Positions 1 through 10,027 are shown, numbered from the stretch's first letter. The stretch: DNA of 42,133 bases from Chryseolinea sp. (GCA_031400145.1 JANNPM010000474.1:1-42133), one strand, 5' to 3'. Program-made: numbers and translations. The notes: generated by a model from the letters alone, not told the origin.

Positions 1-1582
1 CGGTAAAAGTTACCTCATTGTATCGATATTCAAAAACGGGATAGCGTTGAGCGTCCAGCGTATAGCCCTTGTAGATAAGATCTTTGATGTCATCCAGCGT
101 ATCCGGTAGCGGATCAGTTATGCGTGTTAGGAATGCGAGGGGAGCTTTGCCTGATTGGTCCAGAACAGGACCCATCGCTGTTCCTAACTGAGTCTCACCG
201 CGATCATGCCACATCTCAGTAGCATTCAGAAAGTCACCTTTCCAAAGCTGCATCAACCCCGCCTGCTTCAGATCGTATGAAAAATTCAATCCTGTGGTTC
301 CACCCACGGACATTACATGCGTTTTCTTTTTTCCGTGGTGTTCCATAAAAGATCTGACGCGCTCAGGCTCCCGGCCCGGAACGACCTTAATGAGTGGAGG
401 AGGGGGCAGCCGGGGTAATGATGCGGACGTATGCAGCGCCTGAGGTCGGGAATTCAGCTTTCCGATATACAAACCCATGCCAGTCGGTGCCCAGGAAAAA
501 TCCTTTAGGTAACTGATTTTTATCGTGTGAATTCCGGCAGATAATTCCTTGGAGATTTCGTAATCCTGGAACAGATCGTTTGTGTTGATGACGTCTTCAC
601 CATCAATGTTGAGTTTTGCTTTGCCGACCTTCTTTACAATAAACTGGTAGGAGGTGTTTTCTTTGAGATCAACTTTTCCGGTGAAGACAAGGCAAAGCTT
701 ATGCGGGTTGTCGGCAAGCTTGATATCAATGGCTTCTGCCTTCCCTTTTCTGATGAGGTGTTTCGCGTCAACTTTGAGGAAGTCGTTAAAGTCACCTTCA
801 TAGTATTCATAGGTGATGTCTGTAAAATCCACATGGAAGTCATCCAATACCGCATACTGTATGTTGCGGAAAGCAACGGGTCCATGATCACCTTGTAACA
901 ACAACGGTCCTTTTGCCTGTTCATCATTAAACGCCGATGAGCGTGTTGGACCGCTAAGCATGACGTTTTCGTGAATAAGCGAACCGTTCAGAGAAACAGA
1001 TACAAACTGAGCGGGCGAAGTTTTCTTTCCGGATGCATCAAACCGGGGCGCTCGGTATTCAATTTCGAGGTGCTGCCATAGGTTTGGTGCGCGCGATGCA
1101 TTAATACGCGGCGGATGGCCTTCGAAGCCCTTCTTACCTTCAGGCCTGCTGTCGTCCCACCTTTCATAGATGCTTCCACAATCCACTGCGTGCGGAATGT
1201 TGTTGTTCCAGCTATCGTATAGCTGTACTTCATATCGCCCTGCCAGATATATGCCGGAGTTTGATCCCTTTGGTATCATAAAATCCAACGAGAGGAAAAT
1301 ATCTCCATGCTCGAACTGCGTGATGAGATTAGCAGTTGCCAAATACTCCTGTTTCGGATTGGGTTCGTTCAATAGAATTCCCGTACCCTTCTCCGTCTTG
1401 GGTTTGACGTCCGAATAACCAGCGTAAACCTGCCCGACTATTTTCCAGTTCGTCCCGGGTGCTTTGAATGCTGAAAGATCATTCAAGGGAAGGGTTGTTA
1501 ATGTGTAGAACCGCTCTTGTGCCGATAAAGCAAAACAACAGAGAGAAATAGCTGGCAACAACGAAAAAAATCGTGTAAACAT
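1..1582 (-). CDS. Secreted DUF1080 (3-keto-disaccharide hydrolase family) protein, probably followed by a PA14-like domain; 3' end runs off the window
   Basis: Not in the ORF track. Manual translation from ATG at 1582 gives MFTRFFSLLPAISLCCFALSAQ (signal peptide) and DUF1080 motifs GSNSGIYLAGRYEVQLYDS and GPLLLQGDHGPVAFRNI. The same frame is open at the window edge (YPVFEYRYNEVTFT). Confidence 0.85.
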   Translation of the reverse strand, partial: MFTRFFSLLPAISLCCFALSAQERFYTLTTLPLNDLSAFKAPGTNWKIVGQVYAGYSDVKPKTEKGTGILLNEPNPKQEYLATANLITQFEHGDIFLSLDFMIPKGSNSGIYLAGRYEVQLYDSWNNNIPHAVDCGSIYERWDDSRPEGKKGFEGHPPRINASRAPNLWQHLEIEYRAPRFDASGKKTSPAQFVSVSLNGSLIHENVMLSGPTRSSAFNDEQAKGPLLLQGDHGPVAFRNIQYAVLDDFHVDFTDITYEYYEGDFNDFLKVDAKHLIRKGKAEAIDIKLADNPHKLCLVFTGKVDLKENTSYQFIVKKVGKAKLNIDGEDVINTNDLFQDYEISKELSAGIHTIKISYLKDFSWAPTGMGLYIGKLNSRPQALHTSASLPRLPPPPLIKVVPGREPERVRSFMEHHGKKKTHVMSVGGTTGLNFSYDLKQAGLMQLWKGDFLNATEMWHDRGETQLGTAMGPVLDQSGKAPLAFLTRITDPLPDTLDDIKDLIYKGYTLDAQRYPVFEYRYNEVTFT

Positions 1583-1891
1583 GAGGTGGAATTTTGGGAA
1601 GGCATTTGAGCCTTAAAGATATTTAAAAACTCATAGTGACCATAACTGATCGCGTGAATTTTACAGCAACTCAGACTATCTTCAGCCTTTAACTTCATCG
1701 CAAGTTATTGCGATGGTGAGACCCTCCATGATTGCTCTGCAAATCACCTGCTTTAAGACCCGGTACGGAATTGTCCGAAACACTTGCGAAGCAGCACGCG
1801 CGCATTGTGCATTATCATTGCCAGTCCATTCACAAATCAATTATCGGTACAGATCTTACCTATAATCACTACCTTACATTAAACACAAAAG

Positions 1892-2368
1892 ATGCCGATG
1901 AGCTTAGTGTGGTTCTGTTTTGTACTACGCTTCTGGCAGGAAGAAGTTCCGTACAAGGCCAATGAGGATTTCGAAGTTAAGCTGAATTTTGAATTCAAGG
2001 ATCGTGGATGGACGGATGTGAGCCGGATGGGACTCAACCCAACATCAAAAGAGTCCGAGCGAAGCCGCGGTTCGGGACCGTTGCCTTATCTCTATCTGAA
2101 TTTCCGCGTATTGAAGCAATATCCCGGAGAACTGAAGATGCGTGTCGTGAAGAATGGCGATAAGATTGTACTTAGCAAAAAGTTTGATCTATCAACCCGC
2201 GTGAAGCTTGATCTTGGTTTTACTGATGACATCAAGGATCGTGTTAGCGCATATGAATACACCATATTGTTCCTCGACGAGAGCAAAAAACCGGGCAGCA
2301 AAGTCGTGATTTACTTTCATGAAGATGGAACGTATCTGGTGAATGGGCAGGTGCGGGGTAAGTTGTGA
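1892..2368 (+). CDS. Hypothetical protein, probably exported
   Basis: 158 aa ORF with hydrophobic N-terminus and protein-like composition; no family recognised. Confidence 0.7.
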   Translation: MPMSLVWFCFVLRFWQEEVPYKANEDFEVKLNFEFKDRGWTDVSRMGLNPTSKESERSRGSGPLPYLYLNFRVLKQYPGELKMRVVKNGDKIVLSKKFDLSTRVKLDLGFTDDIKDRVSAYEYTILFLDESKKPGSKVVIYFHEDGTYLVNGQVRGKL

Positions 2369-2657
2369 CCCTTCATCCAACACGGCGAAACTTGCCAAAT
2401 GACCGACTCCAATTCCCTTGCACTCCTTAAAGTTCAAGCTGATAAGTTAGTTTTTTATGCGTTAATTCGCGCAAAGTTCATTTGAATGCGTTGGACCACC
2501 ATCCTTCTATTCTTACGCCAGTCCCATTATTCTCCCAGCCCAACGTGCAGCCTGATGCTGCTCGAAGGAAGTTGAAATTGTTAATGAATGACCAAGGTGA
2601 GACTCCTTTGGACGGGACCCACGCTCAGGTATTACGGACGATGTAAATAAAACAATC

Positions 2658-2768
2658 ATGACACCACCCCCTTTATTCAAAACCTGGCGCCACTGGTATT
2701 TTATTGTGCTGGCAGTTCTATTGATCCAGATAGTGCTGTACACTTTGATAACCTACGCCTTTTCATGA
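2658..2768 (+). CDS. Small single-pass membrane protein (36 aa) coupled to the SSS transporter
   Basis: MTPPPLFKTWRHWYFIVLAVLLIQIVLYTLITYAFS*; its TGA overlaps the ATG of the SSS gene (ATGA at 2765-2768); A-rich leader. Confidence 0.75.
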   Translation: MTPPPLFKTWRHWYFIVLAVLLIQIVLYTLITYAFS

Positions 2769-4462
2769 ATTATCTGGACTGGCTTGTGCTCGGCATCACC
2801 ACAATATTGATTGTGCTATACGGGACATTGCGTACCCGCGGAAACAAAACGATAGAGGGATACCTCAAAGGCGACAATACCATGAAGTGGTGGATGATCG
2901 GGATTTCAATTATGGCCACTCAAGCCAGCGCTGTCACTTTTCTTTCAACTCCCGGACAGGCGATAGTCGACGGTATGCGGTTCCTTCAATTCTATTTCGG
3001 ATTACCATTGGCGATGGTGATCATTTCAATCACTATGGTTCCCATTTATTACAAGCTAAAAGTATATACGGCCTACGAATATCTTGAAGGTCGCTTTGAT
3101 CTCAAGACGCGATTGCTTGCAGCAATACTGTTTCTCATATTGCGGGGACTTTCGGCCGGCATCACATTGTTTGCTCCGTCGTTGGTATTGTCAACGATAC
3201 TTGGCTGGCCATTATCGCTAACAACGCTTGTAATTGGTACATTAGTTATAATATACCTGGTATCGGGAGGCACAAAGGCCGTGAGCCTTACACAACGGTA
3301 TCAGATGGCCATCATCATGGGAGGTATGGTGCTTGCCGGCATTCTTGCTTTCAAGCTGCTTCCAGATCATGTATCTTTTGCCGATACCATTTCCATCGCC
3401 GGCCAGCTCGGAAAATTCAATCTCGTCAACTTCAACTTTGATCTTGAGGACCGTTACAACATTTGGTCCGGCTTGCTGGCCGGCACCTTTCTGTTTTTAT
3501 CTTACTTTGGAACGGACCAATCGCAGGTTGCCCGCTATCTCGGCGGAAGCTCTGAAACGGAAAGCAAACTCGGTCTGATCTTCAATGGCCTGCTGAAGAT
3601 ACCAATGCAGTTTATCATTCTATTCATTGGTGTGCTTGTGTATGTATTTTACCTTTTTGTGCAGCCACCGATATTTCACAACCTCGTGTTAAAAGACCAG
3701 GCAATGCAAACGGAAAAGGCTGCAGCATTGCGTGCCCTCGAAACAACATACGACGTCTTGTACGCCAAGAAAAGAAAAGCCGTTGATGGTCTTGTTAAAG
3801 CTATCCAGGTAAAAGATGACCTTTCTATCACCGCCTCAAAAAATTCGGTGTTTGAATTGCAGAAGCAGGAAAGTGCGCTCAGAGATTCCATGAAGGTTAT
3901 TGTGGGAAAGGCGATTCCAAAAGCGAAGACAGGTGATCAGGACTATATATTTCTGAATTTCGTGCTGAGTAATCTTCCTCACGGTATCATTGGATTGCTG
4001 CTGGCGGTGATGTTCTCAGCAACCATGTCATCCATGGCCGGTGAGTTAAACGCGCTGGCGTCTACAACTTGTATAGACATCTACAAGCGTTGCGTTGTGC
4101 ACGATGCAAAACCGGAACATTACGTGAAGTCGTCGCAGTGGTTTACGCTGCTCTGGGCGGTCATCGCCATGGTATTTGCGATGCTGGCAACCTTCGCAGA
4201 AAATCTTATCCAGTACGTCAACATTGTTGGATCACTTTTTTATGGTACTATACTCGGAATCTTCCTGACGGCATTTTACATGAAGGTGGTTCGTGGCACG
4301 GCAGTCTTCTGGGCCGCGCTGATTGGTGAGGGAGTAGTTTTGTATTGTTACCTGTTCACTGACATTGCCTACTTACTTTATAATATCATCGGTTGTGCCG
4401 TCGTGATTTCCGTTTCTATTGTCCTTCAGTTTACGCTGGTAAACAACAAAGCCGAACTATAA
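2765..4462 (+). CDS. Sodium:solute symporter (SSS/SLC5) family protein
   Basis: Many TM segments; motifs SIMATQASAVTFLSTPG, TAYEYLEGRFD, YFGTDQSQVARYL and SATMSS. Confidence 0.95.
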   Translation: MNYLDWLVLGITTILIVLYGTLRTRGNKTIEGYLKGDNTMKWWMIGISIMATQASAVTFLSTPGQAIVDGMRFLQFYFGLPLAMVIISITMVPIYYKLKVYTAYEYLEGRFDLKTRLLAAILFLILRGLSAGITLFAPSLVLSTILGWPLSLTTLVIGTLVIIYLVSGGTKAVSLTQRYQMAIIMGGMVLAGILAFKLLPDHVSFADTISIAGQLGKFNLVNFNFDLEDRYNIWSGLLAGTFLFLSYFGTDQSQVARYLGGSSETESKLGLIFNGLLKIPMQFIILFIGVLVYVFYLFVQPPIFHNLVLKDQAMQTEKAAALRALETTYDVLYAKKRKAVDGLVKAIQVKDDLSITASKNSVFELQKQESALRDSMKVIVGKAIPKAKTGDQDYIFLNFVLSNLPHGIIGLLLAVMFSATMSSMAGELNALASTTCIDIYKRCVVHDAKPEHYVKSSQWFTLLWAVIAMVFAMLATFAENLIQYVNIVGSLFYGTILGIFLTAFYMKVVRGTAVFWAALIGEGVVLYCYLFTDIAYLLYNIIGCAVVISVSIVLQFTLVNNKAEL

Positions 4463-4814
4463 AAGGTCGCCAGGGATCAAGCTTGCGCGGAAAATGGAAC
4501 TCCCCTTCCATCCTGGAGACACCATGCAAAGGCTATGAGCGATTACCCTCAAGTAGCTTCTAAGTAATTTGATATAAAATGCTTCTGTCTCAACATGATA
4601 TGCTTCCGGCATTAAGCTTAACTATAACATCAGATTAGCGCTGCAAAAATTTAATGCAACGGGTAACGTACCCGATTATGCATATTGAGTTGCTGAATTT
4701 GGCATGTATCTTTCCTTCACTGACCGCTCTTCCTATCGAAAATAAAATGTGACCACTTTTCTTTTCCATTAAGGAACCGGACAAAATATCCTTATCTTTT
4801 CGGTCGTACAATGT

Positions 4815-5165
4815 TTGAAAAATATCTACACTCTTATGGAAGTAATTAAAAAAAATCAGTGGACGCAGCAAAATAACATCGACCTGATTCAAAAACTGAG
4901 AGATGATCTAGTTAAGGATTTTCTCGATGAACGCTACTTGAAGGAATTCATATTTGAAAACTATAATGTCCGGGAATTGTCCAACGTCAAGCTTGAATTC
5001 ATTAAAAAGGAATTGAAGGAAATGCTGAAGGCTCCCCTTGACATGGTGCATTACGAGCCGATCTTTACCCACCTGAAAGAAACTGACTCCGAGTCGTTTG
5101 GTGAAGACAATGAACAACTCTTTTACATCGACATCGAAAAGGTGTTGAAGCGGTATATCTTTTAA
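4815..5165 (+). CDS. Hypothetical helical cytoplasmic protein
   Basis: 116 aa ORF (TTG start, alternative ATG at 4836) with protein-like charged, helical composition. Confidence 0.7.
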   Translation: MKNIYTLMEVIKKNQWTQQNNIDLIQKLRDDLVKDFLDERYLKEFIFENYNVRELSNVKLEFIKKELKEMLKAPLDMVHYEPIFTHLKETDSESFGEDNEQLFYIDIEKVLKRYIF

Positions 5166-5249
5166 TTATACCTGCATCTGATTAAACCTGCATCGATGAT
5201 GCGCATAAAAATTTTTATGCAGCACACTATTCGAAAAGCGCTATTTCAT

Positions 5250-5257
5250 TAAATTTG
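5250..5257 (+). promoter_or_regulatory. Bacteroidota sigma-A -7 box (TAAATTTG) upstream of the small Lys-rich ORF
   Basis: Perfect TAnnTTTG 22 nt upstream of ATG 5280. Confidence 0.55.
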
Positions 5258-5279
5258 GTGAGTACTAAACAGATTAGCC

Positions 5280-5387
5280 ATGTCAAAAGCTCAGGACGCA
5301 AAGAAGGAAACAAAAAAGCCAGCTGCCAAAACATTGAAAGAGAAACGCGCAGAGAAAAAAGCAAAGAAAGCTGATAAGAAGTATTAA
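5280..5387 (+). CDS. Small lysine-rich protein (35 aa)
   Basis: MSKAQDAKKETKKPAAKTLKEKRAEKKAKKADKKY*; has its own -7 box upstream and a terminator downstream; below the ORF-track length cutoff. Confidence 0.75.
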   Translation: MSKAQDAKKETKKPAAKTLKEKRAEKKAKKADKKY

Positions 5388-5445
5388 TTGATCAATTGTT
5401 GACTGGATGTACATTACAGCCAGTATACTCTGCCCATGTGGACAC

Positions 5446-5480
5446 AAAAAACTACCGTATTCAGTATACGGTGGTTTTTT
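5446..5480. terminator. Bidirectional intrinsic terminator
   Basis: AAAAAACTACCGTAT-TCAGT-ATACGGTGGTTTTTT hairpin with A and T tracts on both sides, between convergent genes. Confidence 0.85.
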
Positions 5481-5493
5481 ATGATGTTGTTCT

Positions 5494-6345
5494 TTATTTC
5501 AATGTCTTGATGAGATCCTCATTCATCCGCTGATAGTCAGCATTTCCATCTTTCTTAGCGCTTTCCAGCGATGCGTTAGCCGTAGTCAAAGCACCTGAAT
5601 TATCACCTAATCCTTTCTGGATCTTCGCTTTTTGATGCAGCACCCAGTAAGGATTTGACATACCTTCCGCTGCTTTGTTCACCCATTCTAGGGCTTGCTT
5701 AAGGTCTTTGCCAGTCTCGAGATAATACAAGGCTGCCTGAAAATAGTTAATGGGGTTAACCTGTGTGTTAGCTTTTATGGAGGCCATAACTTTTTCTTCG
5801 AAATCTGTCGCCACGGTGAACTTCACAGAAGTGTTTTCCCATGCCAGCTGCACCTTTGCACTTTTGCTGTCGGCTGAAAGGTCGCCGATAGCGAACGTTA
5901 GCATTTCCACCTTTTCGGTTAGCTTCTCTGACTTTGCCTTGAATTTTATCAGATCTTTTGATGCGTCATATCCGCCCATGTTGCCACCCAGGCTCACATC
6001 TTTATACAAGGAAAATGTCCACTCGGTTGCGGATGGCCAGGAAAGAAGAAGATACTCGCCCTTGGGTACATCCATTCCTTCCACCTTCACATCGTCGGAA
6101 AATGAAATACGCGTACCACCATTTGCCCCGGTACGCCAGATCTTTCCATAAGGCACGAGCGCGGCTGATTCGGTTCCAAATATTCTTCGTCCCTTTGCAC
6201 GGGGCCTGTAGTAGTCGATCTTAACGTCTGTCAGGCCAACGGTTGTGGAGACAGAACCTTGCGGACTTGCCGAAGGAGTCACCACCTGGGCATGGTTTGA
6301 ATAGAACCCAGAGATGAGTGTTACCAACAATAATAATTTTTTCAT
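5494..6345 (-). CDS. DUF2911 domain-containing secreted protein with C-terminal TPR-like helices
   Basis: Signal peptide, then SPQGSVSTTVGLTDVKIDYYRP, LVPYGKIWRTGAN and LAWENTSV motifs. Confidence 0.9.
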   Translation of the reverse strand: MKKLLLLVTLISGFYSNHAQVVTPSASPQGSVSTTVGLTDVKIDYYRPRAKGRRIFGTESAALVPYGKIWRTGANGGTRISFSDDVKVEGMDVPKGEYLLLSWPSATEWTFSLYKDVSLGGNMGGYDASKDLIKFKAKSEKLTEKVEMLTFAIGDLSADSKSAKVQLAWENTSVKFTVATDFEEKVMASIKANTQVNPINYFQAALYYLETGKDLKQALEWVNKAAEGMSNPYWVLHQKAKIQKGLGDNSGALTTANASLESAKKDGNADYQRMNEDLIKTLK

Positions 6346-6378
6346 GGTGGATTTATTTTTAGTTTTTTATATGTTGTC

Positions 6379-6386
6379 CAAAGGTA
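6379..6386 (-). promoter_or_regulatory. Bacteroidota -7 box (TACCTTTG) for the DUF2911 gene
   Basis: Perfect TAnnTTTG on the minus strand about 33 nt upstream of the start codon. Confidence 0.55.
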
Positions 6387-6418
6387 GAAAAAACAATCTT
6401 GCATTGTAAAATCACATC

Positions 6419-7024
6419 ATGAAGCTGCCGGAAAGCTTTTACCAAAGGTCGAATGTAGTTCGGGTAGCCAGAGACCTGCTTGGCAAAGTGCTTTACACTA
6501 ACGTGAAGGGTGTCATCACAGGTGGCATGATCGTGGAAACGGAAGCATATTCATGGAAAGAGAAGGGATGTCACGCTTATGCAGCGCGCAGAACATCGAG
6601 AAATGAGGTCATGTTTGCAGAAGGGGGTCGTGCCTACGTGTATCTATGCTACGGAATGCACCACTTGTTTAACGTTGTTACCAATACAAAGGACACCGCC
6701 GATGCAGTGCTGGTGCGTGCCATTGAACCGGTGAAAGGGGAGGCCTGCATGCAGGAAAGACGTGGCGTGCTGGCAAACAGATTTCACCTTACTTCCGGTC
6801 CCGGCAAACTCACCAAGGCATTGGGTATAGACAGAAAGTGGAACGGAAAGAACCTGCGGGATCAAGACATCTGGATTGAAGATGCTGGAATCGCGATTCC
6901 CGCCAAATGGATCGTAGCCACCCCACGCATCGGCATTGACTACGCCGGAGACGATGCGAGCCTGCCGTGGAGGTTTGTTGTCAAGGGAAATGAGTGGGTG
7001 AGCAGGCGAAGCGCAGTAACGTGA
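6419..7024 (+). CDS. mpg: DNA-3-methyladenine glycosylase (MPG/AAG family)
   Basis: ARDLLGKVL, IVETEAY, AYVYLCYGMH, AVLVRAIEP, SGPGKL, TPRIGI and PWRF motifs. Confidence 0.95.
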   Translation: MKLPESFYQRSNVVRVARDLLGKVLYTNVKGVITGGMIVETEAYSWKEKGCHAYAARRTSRNEVMFAEGGRAYVYLCYGMHHLFNVVTNTKDTADAVLVRAIEPVKGEACMQERRGVLANRFHLTSGPGKLTKALGIDRKWNGKNLRDQDIWIEDAGIAIPAKWIVATPRIGIDYAGDDASLPWRFVVKGNEWVSRRSAVT

Positions 7025-7079
7025 TTCCTGACGATCTACTCATCGCTTATTAGGCGATGCGCCGTATATTTGTGCCACG

Positions 7080-8657
7080 ATGAAAGTATTTTTAGCTGCA
7101 GGAATGTTGTTGTGTTTTAGCCCCCTTTCAGCACAACGCCCAAGTAACAGCGCATTTCAAAGGGTCAACTCGGCATACGATGAGCTCAATCCGGTGATAA
7201 GCCCGGATGGAAAGACATTGTTCCTCACGATTGCCAATCACGCGGGCAATGTAGGCGGCAAAAGAGATCCGGGAGATATCTGGATATGCACATTATCGGA
7301 GGGTGCTCACTGGTCAGCGCCGGTTCACGGTGGCAGCCTCATCAACAACGCTGGCTTCAATGCGGTCGGAGGGATGTCGACAGACGGCAGCCAACTATTT
7401 CTGCTTAATCACTACAACGGTCGGGGTCAAAGCAGAACGCAGGGTATATCCGTGTCAAAGAAACAAGGCGAATCGTGGTCGAGGCCTGAAAATATCGTTA
7501 TCCCATATTTCCATAATAAATCCAACGTCCTTAACGGCGATATTCTTGGCGACCAATCTGCCTTTGTGTTTTCGGCAGACGCGTACGGTACCCGTGGCGT
7601 TGAGGATATTTATGTTTCGGTGAAGAGCCCAGGCGGTAAGTGGTCGGAGCCACGAAATCTCGGAGGCAAGATCAACACACAGTTTCAGGAACTGAGCCCG
7701 GCGCTAAGTGCCGATGGTAAAACTTTGTACTTCTCCAGTAATGGTCGCAAGGGAAGCGGAAGCTTTGATATCTATTCGACTGTCAGGCTGGACGATACGT
7801 GGACAAATTGGTCCGAGCCTGCTAATATGGGGTCGGGATTTAATACTGAAGGCCGCGAACTTTATTATAGAATATATGAACAACTTGGCTATGGTGTTTA
7901 CTCCAGCACGAAGAACAGCGATGGCTACGGTGACATCAAAATCTTTCTTTCAGAAGAACCTTACAAACGGGATAGCGTAGTGGTTGCCAGCGAACCGAAA
8001 CCGGATTCAATCATTATAGAGGAAGTGCCAAGGCCGGCACTGGCGAACAAGCAGGTTCGCGTACACGGAAAGGTGAGCAATGCCAAGACGGGCGAAACGA
8101 TCGACGCAAAGGTCTATTTTGATGCAACAGAGGGCGTTCAAACAGCGGGAGCCTCCATGTCGAATGGCTATTCCGTTATTATACCTTCAACCAGTGACTA
8201 TACCGTAAAGATAGAAGCCATCGGCTACGTGAGCACTATGGAGAAACTGGACATTCATACTTATGAGATGAACGACCTGGAGATGAATTTCAAACTTCAG
8301 CCTGTGGAGATAGGCACAACAGTAAATCTTAACGATGTGTTGTTTGAACAGGGCAAGACCAACTTGTTGACGCAGTCGTACCCGGAACTTAACCTTGTGG
8401 CTTCTTTCCTTAAAACAAATCCGAAGGTAAGGATCGAGCTTGCGGGCCACACGGACAACCGTGGCATACCGGCACAAAATGTAAAGCTTTCACAAGCCCG
8501 GGTTGACAAAGTCAAAGCTTATCTGGTAAGCCTGGGCATTGACAGCAAGCGTATATCAGGAAAGGGATACGGCGGGTCTAAGCCAATTGCCAGCAATGAA
8601 ACGGAAGAGACGCGGCTTTTCAACAGACGTGTTGAATTTATTATTAAGAAATTCTAA
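7080..8657 (+). CDS. PD40-repeat plus OmpA C-terminal peptidoglycan-binding protein (PorE-like architecture)
   Basis: PD40 repeats (PVISPDGKTLF, PALSADGKTLYFSS); OmpA domain (IELAGHTDN, NRRVEF); TATATTTG -7 box at 7065-7072. Confidence 0.9.
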   Translation: MKVFLAAGMLLCFSPLSAQRPSNSAFQRVNSAYDELNPVISPDGKTLFLTIANHAGNVGGKRDPGDIWICTLSEGAHWSAPVHGGSLINNAGFNAVGGMSTDGSQLFLLNHYNGRGQSRTQGISVSKKQGESWSRPENIVIPYFHNKSNVLNGDILGDQSAFVFSADAYGTRGVEDIYVSVKSPGGKWSEPRNLGGKINTQFQELSPALSADGKTLYFSSNGRKGSGSFDIYSTVRLDDTWTNWSEPANMGSGFNTEGRELYYRIYEQLGYGVYSSTKNSDGYGDIKIFLSEEPYKRDSVVVASEPKPDSIIIEEVPRPALANKQVRVHGKVSNAKTGETIDAKVYFDATEGVQTAGASMSNGYSVIIPSTSDYTVKIEAIGYVSTMEKLDIHTYEMNDLEMNFKLQPVEIGTTVNLNDVLFEQGKTNLLTQSYPELNLVASFLKTNPKVRIELAGHTDNRGIPAQNVKLSQARVDKVKAYLVSLGIDSKRISGKGYGGSKPIASNETEETRLFNRRVEFIIKKF

Positions 8658-8820
8658 AGATCAGAAAGCAATCTTCGCAAGGGCTTTCATCACATGAGTT
8701 TCTTTTTATCAAAGTTTTCTATCGCCGATCGCGTCAGGTGCGTTCTATGGGCGACTACACTTTCACTTTCTTTTCTTTGTTTATTTCTCCTGATAAGTAT
8801 TAATTCCGGAAATAAAGCCC

Positions 8821-9441
8821 GTGAGCCTGAGAAAAGAAAAAGCGGCCCGCATGAAAATCCAAGTGCTGGATCAGACCCTCAAGCTGATTGGTAAAAAGTC
8901 ATTTGATGATCTGTATGTCGACGACATCTGTGAAAAGGTCAAGATATCCAAGGTGACGCTGTTTAAGTACTTCCCTCAGAAAGAGGACATCTTGCTCTAT
9001 TATTTCAGAATGTGGTGCATGTCGCGTTGTGTCGACATCTCTCAAAAGCCGCGCGAGGGGATGTCCGCCATCCATTTCATTTTTGACAAGCTGAGCGAAG
9101 AATTAGAGGAGCGGCCCGGCATGATGCTAAGCCTTGTGGCCTATCTGTCAGATTCAAGGAGATCTCCCAAGCCCTTCCCGGTTAAGATGGAAGAGAAGAA
9201 ATTGTTCTTTCCCAACGCACCGAATATCTCCACCATCGAGATGCTATCGCTCGATCAAATGTTCGAAAAATTCTCTCTGGAGGCCATTTTCAAAAAGGAG
9301 ATGACCAAGTCATTCAACACCCGCGACATTACCAACCTGCTCTTATCCCTTTTCTTCGGAGGCATAGTCGTTTGCCACGTCAATCGCCTCAGCACGATTA
9401 AGCTGTATTTCCGCCGTAATGTGGACCTGCTCCTGAAATAG
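8821..9441 (+). CDS. TetR/AcrR family transcriptional regulator
   Basis: N-terminal HTH: VDDICEKVKISKVTLFKYFPQKEDIL. Confidence 0.9.
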   Translation: MSLRKEKAARMKIQVLDQTLKLIGKKSFDDLYVDDICEKVKISKVTLFKYFPQKEDILLYYFRMWCMSRCVDISQKPREGMSAIHFIFDKLSEELEERPGMMLSLVAYLSDSRRSPKPFPVKMEEKKLFFPNAPNISTIEMLSLDQMFEKFSLEAIFKKEMTKSFNTRDITNLLLSLFFGGIVVCHVNRLSTIKLYFRRNVDLLLK

Positions 9442-9568
9442 TGACGAACTAAAAGTTATGGACTATGGCTAGGACTTGAGCTACGGTTGGCGCCAGAACG
9501 CCCGAATCGCATGACAGCAACCTGGCAGTCTAATGAGCCGACTACACACCGACTCATAACTTCATAAC

Positions 9569-9739
9569 TCAGTTTCTTACTCTCATCGCCCGCGTCCGAC
9601 TCACCCGCTTGTCCTTCTTCCGATCATAGAACCGATGGTGATACTTGGGCTTTACGACCGAAGTTGTAGGGCCGGACTTCTTACTGCACGCGGGTAGCAA
9701 AAAAATAACTAGTAAGAGACCTAAAAGAACTTTTATCAT
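9569..9739 (-). CDS. Small basic lipoprotein (56 aa)
   Basis: From ATG 9739: MIKVLLGLLLVIFLLPAC lipobox followed by a Lys/Arg-rich mature peptide. Confidence 0.65.
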   Translation of the reverse strand: MIKVLLGLLLVIFLLPACSKKSGPTTSVVKPKYHHRFYDRKKDKRVSRTRAMRVRN

Positions 9740-10027
9740 GACGATTTGCCTAAAAATACTACTTTTTATTGTCACAGAATTGATGTCCGGTCTGAAGAAG
9801 AAGACAGCGATCCAAACAAATCTCCGGCATTTTGACAACCCGGTCTTCGCCACATTCCGGTTGAATTTTATATGAGGCCTCCCTCAATTTCCGCATACAG
9901 GGGAACGTGGACAAATCGATTGAAGGGAGTTGACATAACCTTTATCCTCTACGCAATGGTCGTATTCAACGGATCAGAGCCCTGATCAAATTTTCACCCT
10001 TAATTTTGGAGAAAAGCGGTCCCGGGG

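Noticed and set aside
634-1698. Short track ORFs in the first 1.7 kb
   Set aside because: Alternative-frame or antisense shadows of the long DUF1080 gene that runs off the window.
2370-2657. Riboswitch upstream of the SSS operon
   Set aside because: No recognisable aptamer consensus or terminator hairpin.
4466-4520. Nested imperfect hairpin after the SSS gene
   Set aside because: No U tract and no second copy seen; cannot be called a terminator or repeat.
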